A stretch of 31,017 nt of DNA from Nitrosopumilaceae archaeon (GTDB taxonomy: Archaea; Thermoproteota; Nitrososphaeria; Nitrososphaerales; Nitrosopumilaceae): assembly GCA_052389415.1 (NCBI GenBank), contig JBQTHX010000007.1, positions 1 to 31,017 on the forward strand, in the 5' to 3' direction. Made by a program: the position numbers and the translations under genes. Positions 9,681-18,104 of this stretch are shown piece by piece. The number at the start of each line of letters is the position of its first letter. Positions within the stretch are counted from its first letter, which is position 1. A model generated the notes under the pieces. The model had not been told where the DNA came from. It did no database searches and was given only the letters and a program-made list of their open reading frames with translations.

Positions 9681-10826
9681 ATGTCAATCAAGGAAGAAAA
9701 ATTAGAGAGAAGTAATACTGAAACTAAGACAAGTAGGCTTTTAGTAATTTGTGTAGATAGAGATGACGATATCGGGAAAAAGGCAGGAGTTGCAACACCA
9801 GTTATTGGTAGAAACGCATGCATTGAAGCAGCTCAAAGACTTGCCTTAGAGGATCCTGAAGATGCAGATTCCAATTCCATATTTGCAGCAGTCAAGACAT
9901 TTGAAGATCTCGTAAGTAAAGGATACCAGGCAGAAGTAGTAGTAGTCGCTGGGACAGAAAATAAAGGAGTTCAGGCTGATGAAAAAATAGTTTTACAGGT
10001 AAGATCCATAATGGAAAAATTTACTGCAAGTGGCGCTGTAATCGTTTCTGATGGAGAAGATGATGAAAGCGTCATACCAATAATTCAAAATGTTTTGCCT
10101 ATTGTTTCAGTTAAAAGAGTTGTAATGCGAGTAAGCAGAAGCGTAGAATATTCTTATGCAGTGCTTGGGAGATATTTACGTGCAATCGTATTTGATTCAA
10201 GATATTCTAAATTTTTTCTTGGTGTGCCAGGAATTTTACTTGTCATTGGTGGTATCGCATCACTATTTGGAGTCACAAAGGAAATTTCTGCAGTATTATT
10301 GAGCATACTTGGCGGAGCATTTCTTATCAGAGCATTTGATGTAGACAGAACGTGGTCCCACTGGACAAAACCAACACCAGCCGGATTCATAAGAATATTC
10401 ACGTTGGTTGCTGGTATTCTTTTGATGTTAGTTTCAATACCAAACGGAATCAGCGCAATAGATCCCAACTTAATCCAAGATCAGCTTGACATATTGGGTG
10501 CAGTTACAAACAAAGTAATTCTTGGTCACTTTTTCGCAGGGGCTTTGCCTTTCCTTTGGATGGGAATCGGATGTATATTTGGAGGAACATTGCTTACCAG
10601 TTGGTTCAAGGGAAGCTTGAGATCGGTAACGGATGTTCTCCGTATGATTGTGCTTGCTTCACTTTATCCAATTGTATCTCAATTTACAAATATTATGACA
10701 ACTAATGAAAGTCCGTTTAGTCTCCTTCCTCCATTATTAATCGGATTAGCAGTAATACTCATATCCGCCACTGTTCTTTTCCGTAAATATAGGAAGAAAA
10801 AGGGCGGTGAAGTACTATCGGAATAA
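9681..10826 (+). CDS. DUF373 family membrane protein
   Basis: LVICVDRDDDIG.K.G..TPVIGR, DPEDADSN, VSDGEDD, SVEYSY and a multi-TM C-terminal half. Confidence 0.88.
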   Translation: MSIKEEKLERSNTETKTSRLLVICVDRDDDIGKKAGVATPVIGRNACIEAAQRLALEDPEDADSNSIFAAVKTFEDLVSKGYQAEVVVVAGTENKGVQADEKIVLQVRSIMEKFTASGAVIVSDGEDDESVIPIIQNVLPIVSVKRVVMRVSRSVEYSYAVLGRYLRAIVFDSRYSKFFLGVPGILLVIGGIASLFGVTKEISAVLLSILGGAFLIRAFDVDRTWSHWTKPTPAGFIRIFTLVAGILLMLVSIPNGISAIDPNLIQDQLDILGAVTNKVILGHFFAGALPFLWMGIGCIFGGTLLTSWFKGSLRSVTDVLRMIVLASLYPIVSQFTNIMTTNESPFSLLPPLLIGLAVILISATVLFRKYRKKKGGEVLSE

Positions 10827-10837
10827 AAGAAAGAGTA

Positions 10838-11605
10838 TTGAATCTTTCTGGTCTCTACAGTATTTATTCAAACAAACTTGAAAAAGAGATTAAAAATGAA
10901 AACCTACCAAATCACATAGCCATAATATTGGATGGGAATCGCAGGTGGGCAAAACGAAATCTTGTTGTAAAGGAAAATGGCCATTTTCATGGAGCAGATA
11001 CTGTTGAGAAATTACTTGATTGGTGTGAAGAACTAGGAATAAAAATAATAACTCTCTATGTATTATCAGCCGAGAATTTAGCTCGTGATGACGAGGAACT
11101 ACACTATCTTTATGCGTTAATCAAAGAGAGATTGGAAAAGCTCTACAATGATCCCAGGATTCATAGAAACAAAATGAGAATAAAAGCAATTGGCCGTGTT
11201 GAGCTTCTTCCACACTCTTTAAAAGAGATCCTGAAAAAATTGGAGGATGTAACCAAAGATTATGATGGGCATTATCTAAATGTTGCAATTGCTTATGGGG
11301 GTCAAAATGAGTTAGTTGATGCAGTTAAGAAAATTGCTACAAAGATTAAGGATGGTTCGCTCACTATAGATTCGATAGACAAGGAAGTAATAGAATCATC
11401 TTTGTATACTTCACATCTACCACAATCTTCCCCTGACATGATACTGAGAACATCTGGTGAGAAGAGATTAAGTGGTTTTTTAATTTGGCAAAGCGCGTAT
11501 AGCGAATTGGTATTTATGGATATTTTCTGGCCAGAATTTAGAAAAATAGATCTTATGCGTGCCATTAGGACATTCCAAAAAAGAGCACGAAGGCTTGGCA
11601 AGTAA
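10838..11605 (+). CDS. uppS: cis-polyprenyl diphosphate synthase (UppS family)
   Basis: PNHIAIILDGNRRWA, LSAEN, AYGG, RTSGEKRLSGFLIWQSAYSEL, C-terminal RRLG. Confidence 0.96.
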   Translation: MNLSGLYSIYSNKLEKEIKNENLPNHIAIILDGNRRWAKRNLVVKENGHFHGADTVEKLLDWCEELGIKIITLYVLSAENLARDDEELHYLYALIKERLEKLYNDPRIHRNKMRIKAIGRVELLPHSLKEILKKLEDVTKDYDGHYLNVAIAYGGQNELVDAVKKIATKIKDGSLTIDSIDKEVIESSLYTSHLPQSSPDMILRTSGEKRLSGFLIWQSAYSELVFMDIFWPEFRKIDLMRAIRTFQKRARRLGK

Positions 11606-11645
11606 GAGAAACGAATACTTAGAAGAACTGTTTTTTTCTTAATAA

Positions 11646-12062
11646 ATGATTGAAGAGAGATCTGCCGGCACTGTATTATTTTATGAAACAGAAAAGGAGA
11701 AATTTTTTCTTCTTTTAAATTATCCTTCGGGTCATTGGGACTTTGTTAAAGGAAACATCGAAGAGTCAGAAAAGCTCAAGCAGACAGTTGTTAGAGAGGT
11801 AAAAGAAGAAACAGGAATTTCAGATATAGAATTCATCAATGGGTTTGAAGATAAAATAGAATATCATTATCAGCGTGATGGAAATTTAGTTCACAAGGAA
11901 GTTGTTTTCTTCCTAGCAAGAACAAAAACTATTGATGTTAAAATTTCTCATGAACATTTGGGATTTGTATGGGTAACATTTGATGATGCTATTAAAAAGA
12001 TCACCTATAAGAACTCGAAACAGATAATGGATAAGATAAAAAAATTAGTTTTCAATACTTAG
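11646..12062 (+). CDS. NUDIX hydrolase (asymmetrical Ap4A hydrolase-like)
   Basis: Nudix box GNIEESEKLKQTVVREVKEETG; GHWDFVKG; ISHEH. Confidence 0.9.
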   Translation: MIEERSAGTVLFYETEKEKFFLLLNYPSGHWDFVKGNIEESEKLKQTVVREVKEETGISDIEFINGFEDKIEYHYQRDGNLVHKEVVFFLARTKTIDVKISHEHLGFVWVTFDDAIKKITYKNSKQIMDKIKKLVFNT

Positions 12063-12794
12063 TTGTTGTAGTTTTCTTGCTTCTGTTTTTGGATCCTTGG
12101 CATTAAAAATTGTTCTTCCAACAATAAGATAGTTTGCTCCAGATGCCAAAGTTTTTTTTGCATCTCCTCCCTGCGTGCCAATTCCTGGAGAATAAATCGC
12201 ACTTTTGTTTTTTATTTTCTTGTGGCATTCTGCGATAATTTCTGGAACTGTAGCACCGACAACGATTCCATCAGTTTTTAATGAAAGAGACCATTCAAGA
12301 AATAATTGATAAAGTTTTGATTGTTTGTTGCTTTCAGGATGTTTTACAGTCAATCCATAACCTAATTTTGCTCCAGGATGGCTCATGTGAACTAGCGTGA
12401 TGATCCCATTACCATTTTTGTGAGCAAAGGAAACTAAAGCTTTCAGATTTTCAAGACCCATTATTGGATTAACGATTACTGCATCAAAACCTGATTCCCA
12501 GAGTCTTTCTGCTGCAATAGTGTTTGTATTTCCAATATCATTAAGTTTTATGTCTGCAATAGTCTGCAGACCAAAATCGTGTGCAATTTTATTAATTTTT
12601 TTTAAACTCTTAAAACCAAGTGGCAATATTAAATGAAAGTTGAATTTTATTGCACAAAGGAATTCATTCAGATCCTTGATATTTTTAATCGTGATTCTTT
12701 CAAGTTTTTCCCCCAATTTGCAGTCCAGATCATTTGCAAGAATTATCTTACCTCTATCAGAAGCTGATCTTTTTATTCTGCTGCTAAAATTCAT
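12045..12794 (-). CDS. pyrF: orotidine-5'-phosphate decarboxylase
   Basis: DIKLNDIGNT catalytic motif, MSHPG, VVGAT, SPGIGTQGG, IVGRTI. Confidence 0.95.
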   Translation of the reverse strand: MNFSSRIKRSASDRGKIILANDLDCKLGEKLERITIKNIKDLNEFLCAIKFNFHLILPLGFKSLKKINKIAHDFGLQTIADIKLNDIGNTNTIAAERLWESGFDAVIVNPIMGLENLKALVSFAHKNGNGIITLVHMSHPGAKLGYGLTVKHPESNKQSKLYQLFLEWSLSLKTDGIVVGATVPEIIAECHKKIKNKSAIYSPGIGTQGGDAKKTLASGANYLIVGRTIFNAKDPKTEARKLQQLSIEN

Positions 12795-13447
12795 GGCTTG
12801 ATTAGTGAATGTTTGTTTTTTAGTTTTATTACCTTAAGATAAGAATATCCATGCTCACTTACAGATGGCGTAAATGACGGTTCTACTCCATTTTGGCTAG
12901 AGTATTTTAAAAATGGATTTTGCGGTTCTTTTTCAAGAACTACATGACAGAAATATGATACTTCGTCTGATTCATTGAAATTCATGAAGACCCCAAGCAT
13001 CCACTTGTTCCCATTTGGAAAAGCAAAAAGTGGAAATGGAGATTCCTCAAATCCGTAACTTAGTTTTACTAGACTTTCGAGATCTTCAAGTTCAAGAGGT
13101 TCATAATAATTAAGATCTTCCGTTTTTGTTTCCTGTTTTAATGACGGAGGTAGTGATTTTACTCGAACTATAGGTGAATAAAGGTACGTGGGATTTGTTA
13201 TCGTGTTTATAATGTCCGAATCTTCTTTGCCTGCCTTAAATCCATATGAGACATAGTGACCATTTTTTCCTTCACGTGTGAAATAGATTACAGGTCTTTC
13301 TTTGAGAAGATCCGCCTGCACGGCCAGTACTGGACTGCCATCGTGTTCAAACGAAAAGGTTGTGCGAGGAACTCTTTCCAATGCGCACACTAATCTTGAG
13401 AATTCTACTCTGTCTAATACTTCTACATAGTGAGGAAGTTTTACCAC
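12791..13447 (-). CDS. hypothetical protein (218 aa)
   Basis: Long protein-like ORF between purA and pyrF, 4-nt overlap with pyrF; apparent internal two-fold repeat (V....EFSRLV / L.DLESLVKL; PIVRVKS / KVIKLKN). Confidence 0.8.
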   Translation of the reverse strand: MVKLPHYVEVLDRVEFSRLVCALERVPRTTFSFEHDGSPVLAVQADLLKERPVIYFTREGKNGHYVSYGFKAGKEDSDIINTITNPTYLYSPIVRVKSLPPSLKQETKTEDLNYYEPLELEDLESLVKLSYGFEESPFPLFAFPNGNKWMLGVFMNFNESDEVSYFCHVVLEKEPQNPFLKYSSQNGVEPSFTPSVSEHGYSYLKVIKLKNKHSLIKP

Positions 13448-13495
13448 AATATTCTTTTAAAAAATACCCCATTAAAAGGTAGCAACGCTTTGATC

Positions 13496-14494
13496 TTATC
13501 GTCTATCAATTATGTCATCAACGCCAGGACCAGTGCCTATAATAGTTACAGGAACTTTGAGTTGATCCTCTATTGTTTTGATAAAGAGTTTTGCTGGCGA
13601 ACTAAGATCATCAAATGAACTCATGTTAGAACATTCCGGATAAAGAACATCAAGTTTTGTGATTGCTACCTGTGTTGCACTGTTTAACATAATTGCACGT
13701 TTCGCAAGGTCAAAATCAAACTCAGCCGCTCTTCTTGCACGTCCTGTAACGGTTCCTACTTCTTGCCAGCCCTTTACTTTAGTCTGTTCCACCGATAGTT
13801 CGTTTTTCAGAGGACCTGTTCCCACTCTAGTTACGTAAGATTTGAAAACTACCATTACATCTGTTACTTTTGTTGGTCCAAGTCCAATGTCAGAACATAT
13901 TCCAGAAGCAGTAACGTCTTTTGAGGTTACATACGGATATGTCCCATGCCATAAAGAAAGAAAAGTTCCCTGAGTTCCTTCAACTAGGACGTTTTCGTTT
14001 CTTTCTAATGCAAAATTGATAGAGTTTGGAACATCTTCAAGATAAAGGGCTAGTGAATCAATGTCTTTTGCAAGCTTTAACGTTCTCATTGCTCTGTCTG
14101 CATTAGCAGGACCTGTACCTGAACCTGTACTACCTATTGAATCCTTTAGTCTTCCTTGAGAATCTGCGTTTCTATGTGACTCCTCAATTATACCACATTG
14201 GGAATCTACAAAAGTCCTGTCAGAAACGCCAAATTCCTCAATTTCCTTCAAAAGTACTTCTGGACTTACTACAACCCCCGGTCCAATTAATAGCCGAACA
14301 TTTTTGTTCAAAAATGCACTTGGGAGCATTCTAACTTTGTATTTTTTATTTTCGTATTCTATGGTATGTCCAGCGTTAGGGCCTGCACCACCACGAACTG
14401 CGATTGTTGGATTATCCTTCATCGCAAGATATGAAATTATTTTTCCTTTTCCTTCATCTCCAAAAAATCCACCAACTACTACCAATGAAGGCAT
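13496..14494 (-). CDS. purA: adenylosuccinate synthetase (short archaeal type)
   Basis: GGFFGDEGKGK, GPNAGHT, IGSTGSGTGPA, EGTQG, GTYPYVTS, GTVTGR.RR, TKLD; start at ATG 14494 (MPSLVVVG). Confidence 0.96.
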   Translation of the reverse strand: MPSLVVVGGFFGDEGKGKIISYLAMKDNPTIAVRGGAGPNAGHTIEYENKKYKVRMLPSAFLNKNVRLLIGPGVVVSPEVLLKEIEEFGVSDRTFVDSQCGIIEESHRNADSQGRLKDSIGSTGSGTGPANADRAMRTLKLAKDIDSLALYLEDVPNSINFALERNENVLVEGTQGTFLSLWHGTYPYVTSKDVTASGICSDIGLGPTKVTDVMVVFKSYVTRVGTGPLKNELSVEQTKVKGWQEVGTVTGRARRAAEFDFDLAKRAIMLNSATQVAITKLDVLYPECSNMSSFDDLSSPAKLFIKTIEDQLKVPVTIIGTGPGVDDIIDRR

Positions 14495-14572
14495 ACTAGA
14501 CCTCAAAGCTGGCACATATTTAAGCCAAATTGCAGCAATACAATTTTAACATAGTAACCAAGTGCCAACTCT

Positions 14573-15034
14573 ATGTCAGAACCAAACTATGCTGGAAACA
14601 TAATAGTCTCACTAGCAAGCCTTCCAGACTTTCTAAGAAAACCTATATTGAAAAAAAGACTGATGGAATTTTTTTCAATGACTCTAGCAGACAAGGACGA
14701 AGTGATTAACAATGCATTAGCCGCTGGACCAACTATTCCATTTGATAATTTTGCAAGGCTATTCAAGACATGGCTTGAAATATTGAGTAGTCTTTCAGAA
14801 GAAAATAGAACAGCCATGTTTTCAGGATACATGACAGCTATTCTAAAAAATCCACAAAAACTTGTTTCATTTAATCTAGATGGGATTTTAGAAATTTATT
14901 TATCCTTAACTCAAGAACAAAAATTTACGATTTCTAACTCCGTCAAGAAATTATTAACTTCATTAGATGAAAAAAGTAAGAGGACATTATATCTCATAAT
15001 ACCAGATAGGGCTAAAAGAGAGTTTGTAGCCTAG
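14573..15034 (+). CDS. hypothetical alpha-helical protein
   Basis: 153-aa protein-like ORF divergent from purA. Confidence 0.8.
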   Translation: MSEPNYAGNIIVSLASLPDFLRKPILKKRLMEFFSMTLADKDEVINNALAAGPTIPFDNFARLFKTWLEILSSLSEENRTAMFSGYMTAILKNPQKLVSFNLDGILEIYLSLTQEQKFTISNSVKKLLTSLDEKSKRTLYLIIPDRAKREFVA

Positions 15035-15306
15035 GTAGGTTTATCAGGTTTTCGCTGATTTTCATCGGCATAATTTATTACATTTCCATCAGGAGTCATT
15101 ACACCAACAAAGACTTTTTCATACTTTTTGAGGACTTTTCTATGATCTGCAAGTGACATGTCAAGTTTCATCTCATTCATTACCATAATTCTATAGTTTT
15201 TCCATTCATTCCAGCACATATTGCAACACGGATAATTTGCTGCAATTGGATCAAGCTCGTCTGTATCTGGAATTTCCTTTCTACATTTAGTACATATTCT
15301 TTCCAT
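15031..15306 (-). CDS. YggX-like Fe(II)-trafficking/oxidative damage protection protein
   Basis: CW.EW.....M.MNE.KLD......RK.L......F matches the YggX consensus W..W....TM.INE..L......R..L. Confidence 0.72.
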   Translation of the reverse strand: MERICTKCRKEIPDTDELDPIAANYPCCNMCWNEWKNYRIMVMNEMKLDMSLADHRKVLKKYEKVFVGVMTPDGNVINYADENQRKPDKPT

Positions 15307-15380
15307 AGTAAACCCAATTAGGCGTAGTCATTTAATCTTTTTTTAAGAAAGGATATTACAATGCAGAACGAAATAGAGAC

Positions 15381-15587
15381 ATGAAGATAAAGTGTCCCAA
15401 GTGCAACGGAATTGCAGAACTTGCTGATGATTTTTCGTTTGTCAGATGCGATCCTTGTTCCTTGGATATGACATATGGAGAATATGTGAAGATCATAGCA
15501 TACAAAGACAGCACATATTCTGACATTTTAGGTGATTATGCCAGTAGCACAGAAGGAACAAAAGCCGGAACTCTTGACGATTGGTAG
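15381..15587 (+). CDS. small zinc-ribbon protein (68 aa)
   Basis: CPKC...CDPC; ATG start; C-terminal TLDDW. Confidence 0.8.
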   Translation: MKIKCPKCNGIAELADDFSFVRCDPCSLDMTYGEYVKIIAYKDSTYSDILGDYASSTEGTKAGTLDDW

Positions 15588-15627
15588 AAAAAAATTACCT
15601 GTAAGATTTAATTAATTTCTAAAGAGA

Positions 15628-16272
15628 TTGTGGTTATTGCAATTCGTATTTGAGATAATTTTGAATCTGATTGGTTTTATTGTAGGTGTAGTCATTGGAA
15701 TTTTATCATATATCGGTTTTAAGAACACTGGTAGCCCTACTCTTTTTAGGTTAACAATTGCTTTTCTGTCGATAAGCATAGGTTTTGGAGTGGTTGGGCT
15801 TGGATTTTTGACTGAATCTTTAGTAATAAAATCTGGAGACATTGAGCCATGGGTTCAAACTCTTGGCGTCGGCATACAAACAATAGGATATTTTTTCATT
15901 GCCTTTTCACACAGCATAAAGTCATTTTTCCCCAAGTCAAGATACTTTAGAACCATAGCATTTCCTCTTTTTGTCATTCCGGGAAATTCAATTGAGCATA
16001 TTATAAGGTCAATTTCTTTTATCCTATTGATATATGGGACAATAGAGACAATTCTATCGTATATGGCAAATAAGAAGAGCAACACGATATTTGTAGCCTC
16101 TGGTTTAGGTCTTCTTGCTTTAGGCGAATTTCTAGGATGGTATTCCGTTGTGTTTCCTCAATCAATACTGTACAACGTCTCAATATCAACCAAGATAGCT
16201 GGACTTGGTGCACTCTTTATTCCTGTATCCAAGGTGCCACTGACGGGGATGAAATTTGGCAGCAGTTTATAG
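15628..16272 (+). CDS. polytopic membrane protein (6-7 TM)
   Basis: Repeated hydrophobic helices; overlaps the downstream HTH gene by 17 nt. Confidence 0.8.
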   Translation: MWLLQFVFEIILNLIGFIVGVVIGILSYIGFKNTGSPTLFRLTIAFLSISIGFGVVGLGFLTESLVIKSGDIEPWVQTLGVGIQTIGYFFIAFSHSIKSFFPKSRYFRTIAFPLFVIPGNSIEHIIRSISFILLIYGTIETILSYMANKKSNTIFVASGLGLLALGEFLGWYSVVFPQSILYNVSISTKIAGLGALFIPVSKVPLTGMKFGSSL

Positions 16273-16546
16273 AACTCATATGAGCATTATTGGAGACATT
16301 CTTACAACTACTAGAGATGAAGCTCCAGATGAGTCAGGAGCAAGTGTTACCTACTTGATCCGCAAAGCAAACGTTTCTCATGTCAGGCTTTCAAAGATAT
16401 TAGAGATGCTTGTACAGCAGGGCCTATTAGAACAAAGAAATTCTGAAAGAGCGTGTAAGTATAAGATCAGTGACAGAGGAAGAGAGTTTTTGCAGGCTTA
16501 TCGTGGATTTAGAGAATTCGCTGACAATTTTGGTTTAAGAATTTAG
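16256..16546 (+). CDS. winged-HTH transcriptional regulator (HTH_45-like)
   Basis: YRT.M.II.DIL, VT.L..KANVSH.RL, Y.I...GREFL..Y; paralogous to 23671..23952. Confidence 0.85.
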   Translation: MAAVYRTHMSIIGDILTTTRDEAPDESGASVTYLIRKANVSHVRLSKILEMLVQQGLLEQRNSERACKYKISDRGREFLQAYRGFREFADNFGLRI

Positions 16547-16647
16547 TCTTCTTCATCTTCTGTTTCTTCATCATCTTCTGTTTCTTCATCATCTTCTATA
16601 TCGTCATCAAAATCATCTTCAAAATCGTTTTCAAATTCGTCAGACAT
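16543..16647 (-). CDS. 34-aa hyperacidic microprotein
   Basis: MSDEFENDFEDDFDDDIEDDEETEDDEETEDEED*; TTTAATAA box on the minus strand (16671-16678), 24-31 nt upstream of the ATG. Confidence 0.65.
   Translation of the reverse strand: MSDEFENDFEDDFDDDIEDDEETEDDEETEDEED
16553..16597. repeat. 18-bp tandem repeat, 2.5 copies (TCATCTTCTGTTTCTTCA)
   Basis: Exact copies at 16553-16570 and 16571-16588 plus a half copy; encodes the repeated EDDEET unit on the minus strand. Confidence 0.9.
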
Positions 16648-16799
16648 CGGTTGTAACAAAAGCCAAATTATTATTAAAGATTTAGTTATTATCCAGAATT
16701 TTCCATGTCTTGTTTGTAAAGAATAATCGGAAATTGATATGTGGACAAGTAATCTTAGCAGTGCTATTGTGGTACACCGAGAATTCTTTTCATCTAAAC

Positions 16800-16910
16800 C
16801 TAGGCCGGTGCGACCCAACCGCCACATGAAATGCAAATGTCCATGCCATCTTCATTTACATAGGTCTCAGAACCTGGAGGGCATTGACACTGTGGAATTT
16901 CTATATCCAT
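16800..16910 (-). CDS. 36-aa Cys4 microprotein (CxC...CxxCGG); not in ORF track
   Basis: Hand translation: MDIEIPQCQCPPGSETYVNEDGMDICISCGGWVAPA*; minus-strand GAAAATGATATAAG BRE/TATA-like element with ATATAA 24-29 nt upstream. Confidence 0.62.
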   Translation of the reverse strand: MDIEIPQCQCPPGSETYVNEDGMDICISCGGWVAPA

Positions 16911-16986
16911 GACAGATATTACAATAATCAATCTTATATCATTTTCAATAACAAAACATAATTTACTAATGACTATCTGAAAAATT

Positions 16987-17586
16987 GTGATAGTTTCTTG
17001 CGATCAAAGTGGAGTTAATCTTGCTGCGACCACGATAAAAAATGGAGGTTTGGTGGTATTTCCAACTGATACTGTCTATGGTCTTGGTTGTGATCCACGA
17101 AATGCAAAGGCTGTGGAGAAGATTTTTAAAATAAAAAAGAGAAAAGAATCAAAACACTTACCTGTACTTGCATATTCTAAAGAGGTTGTCTCAGAAATTG
17201 CCTTTTTTGATGAGATTTCCAACAAGATATCCAACAGGTTCTGGCCAGGTCAAGTAACGTTAGTTTTGAATCTGAAAGACCAGGAGATAAAAAAAGCAAT
17301 GGGGCTAAATGAGAAGGTAGCTGTTCGCGTACCAAATGATCCGTGCATCAAAGCGCTTTTAAAAGAATGTAAGCTGGTTGTTGGTACTAGCGCAAACTTT
17401 TCTGGCCAACCAGCATTTACTGATTCCAAAGAAGTTTTAGAAAATTTTTCTGGATTTGACATCTTATTGGATGGAGGTCTGATTTCAAATTCTACTTCTT
17501 CAACTATTGTTGAAGTGGAGGATGGCAGTATTGAGATACTCAGACAAGGAAAAATAACAAAGGAGGAAATCATAAACTCGATTTGA
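16987..17586 (+). CDS. sua5: L-threonylcarbamoyladenylate synthase (single-domain TsaC/YrdC-type Sua5 family)
   Basis: VVFPTDTVYGLG, IFKIKKR, FWPG, VAVRVP, TSANFSG, STIV, ILRQG. Confidence 0.93.
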   Translation: MIVSCDQSGVNLAATTIKNGGLVVFPTDTVYGLGCDPRNAKAVEKIFKIKKRKESKHLPVLAYSKEVVSEIAFFDEISNKISNRFWPGQVTLVLNLKDQEIKKAMGLNEKVAVRVPNDPCIKALLKECKLVVGTSANFSGQPAFTDSKEVLENFSGFDILLDGGLISNSTSSTIVEVEDGSIEILRQGKITKEEIINSI

Positions 17587-18104
17587 ACTTGATTGTAACA
17601 TCCAGCAGGCATTTAGAGTCTGAAGCAGCCGAGGAGATCTCTGAAATTCTTAATGAATTTGGTGATTCTAATCCAGCAGTAAAAATATCAGAGTTGTCTG
17701 GAATTCTTACTGCTACAACATCCCTTGATCCATTTCTTGTTGTGAAAAAGCTTCGGGAAAGAATACTTGAGGAACCATGGCTGATAAGATATTGTCATAG
17801 AGTCATACCATTGCATGATGCTGTTAAAACAAAAAAAGATGACATTGTAAAGTCTGTTCTTAGTCACGTGAGTAAATTTTTACAGCAAGAAACCTATAGA
17901 ATCACAGTAGAAAAAAGACATTCTGAAATCTCTACAAGTGAAATCATAAGTGAGATCGCAGACAAGATTCAAAATAAAGTTTCACTTGAAAAGTTTGACT
18001 GGTTAATTTTAATAGAAATACTGGGAAAAATGACTGGCATTGCAGTGCTAAAAGAAGATGATGTGTTAAGCACTCAGAAATTAAAGCGTAGTTTATCGGA
18101 ATAG
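17583..18104 (+). CDS. stand-alone THUMP domain RNA-binding protein
   Basis: RVIP, TYRITVEKRHS, KVSLEKFD.LILIEILG..TGI; 4-nt overlap with sua5. Confidence 0.85.
   Translation: MNLIVTSSRHLESEAAEEISEILNEFGDSNPAVKISELSGILTATTSLDPFLVVKKLRERILEEPWLIRYCHRVIPLHDAVKTKKDDIVKSVLSHVSKFLQQETYRITVEKRHSEISTSEIISEIADKIQNKVSLEKFDWLILIEILGKMTGIAVLKEDDVLSTQKLKRSLSE

Noticed and set aside
16553-16597. Tandem repeat as a CRISPR remnant
   Set aside because: Contiguous in-frame 18-mers with no spacers and no cas genes
16648-16836. 97-aa version of the acidic ORF
   Set aside because: Upstream part spans the TATA box and overlaps the better-supported 36-aa Cys ORF; composition changes abruptly at ATG 16647
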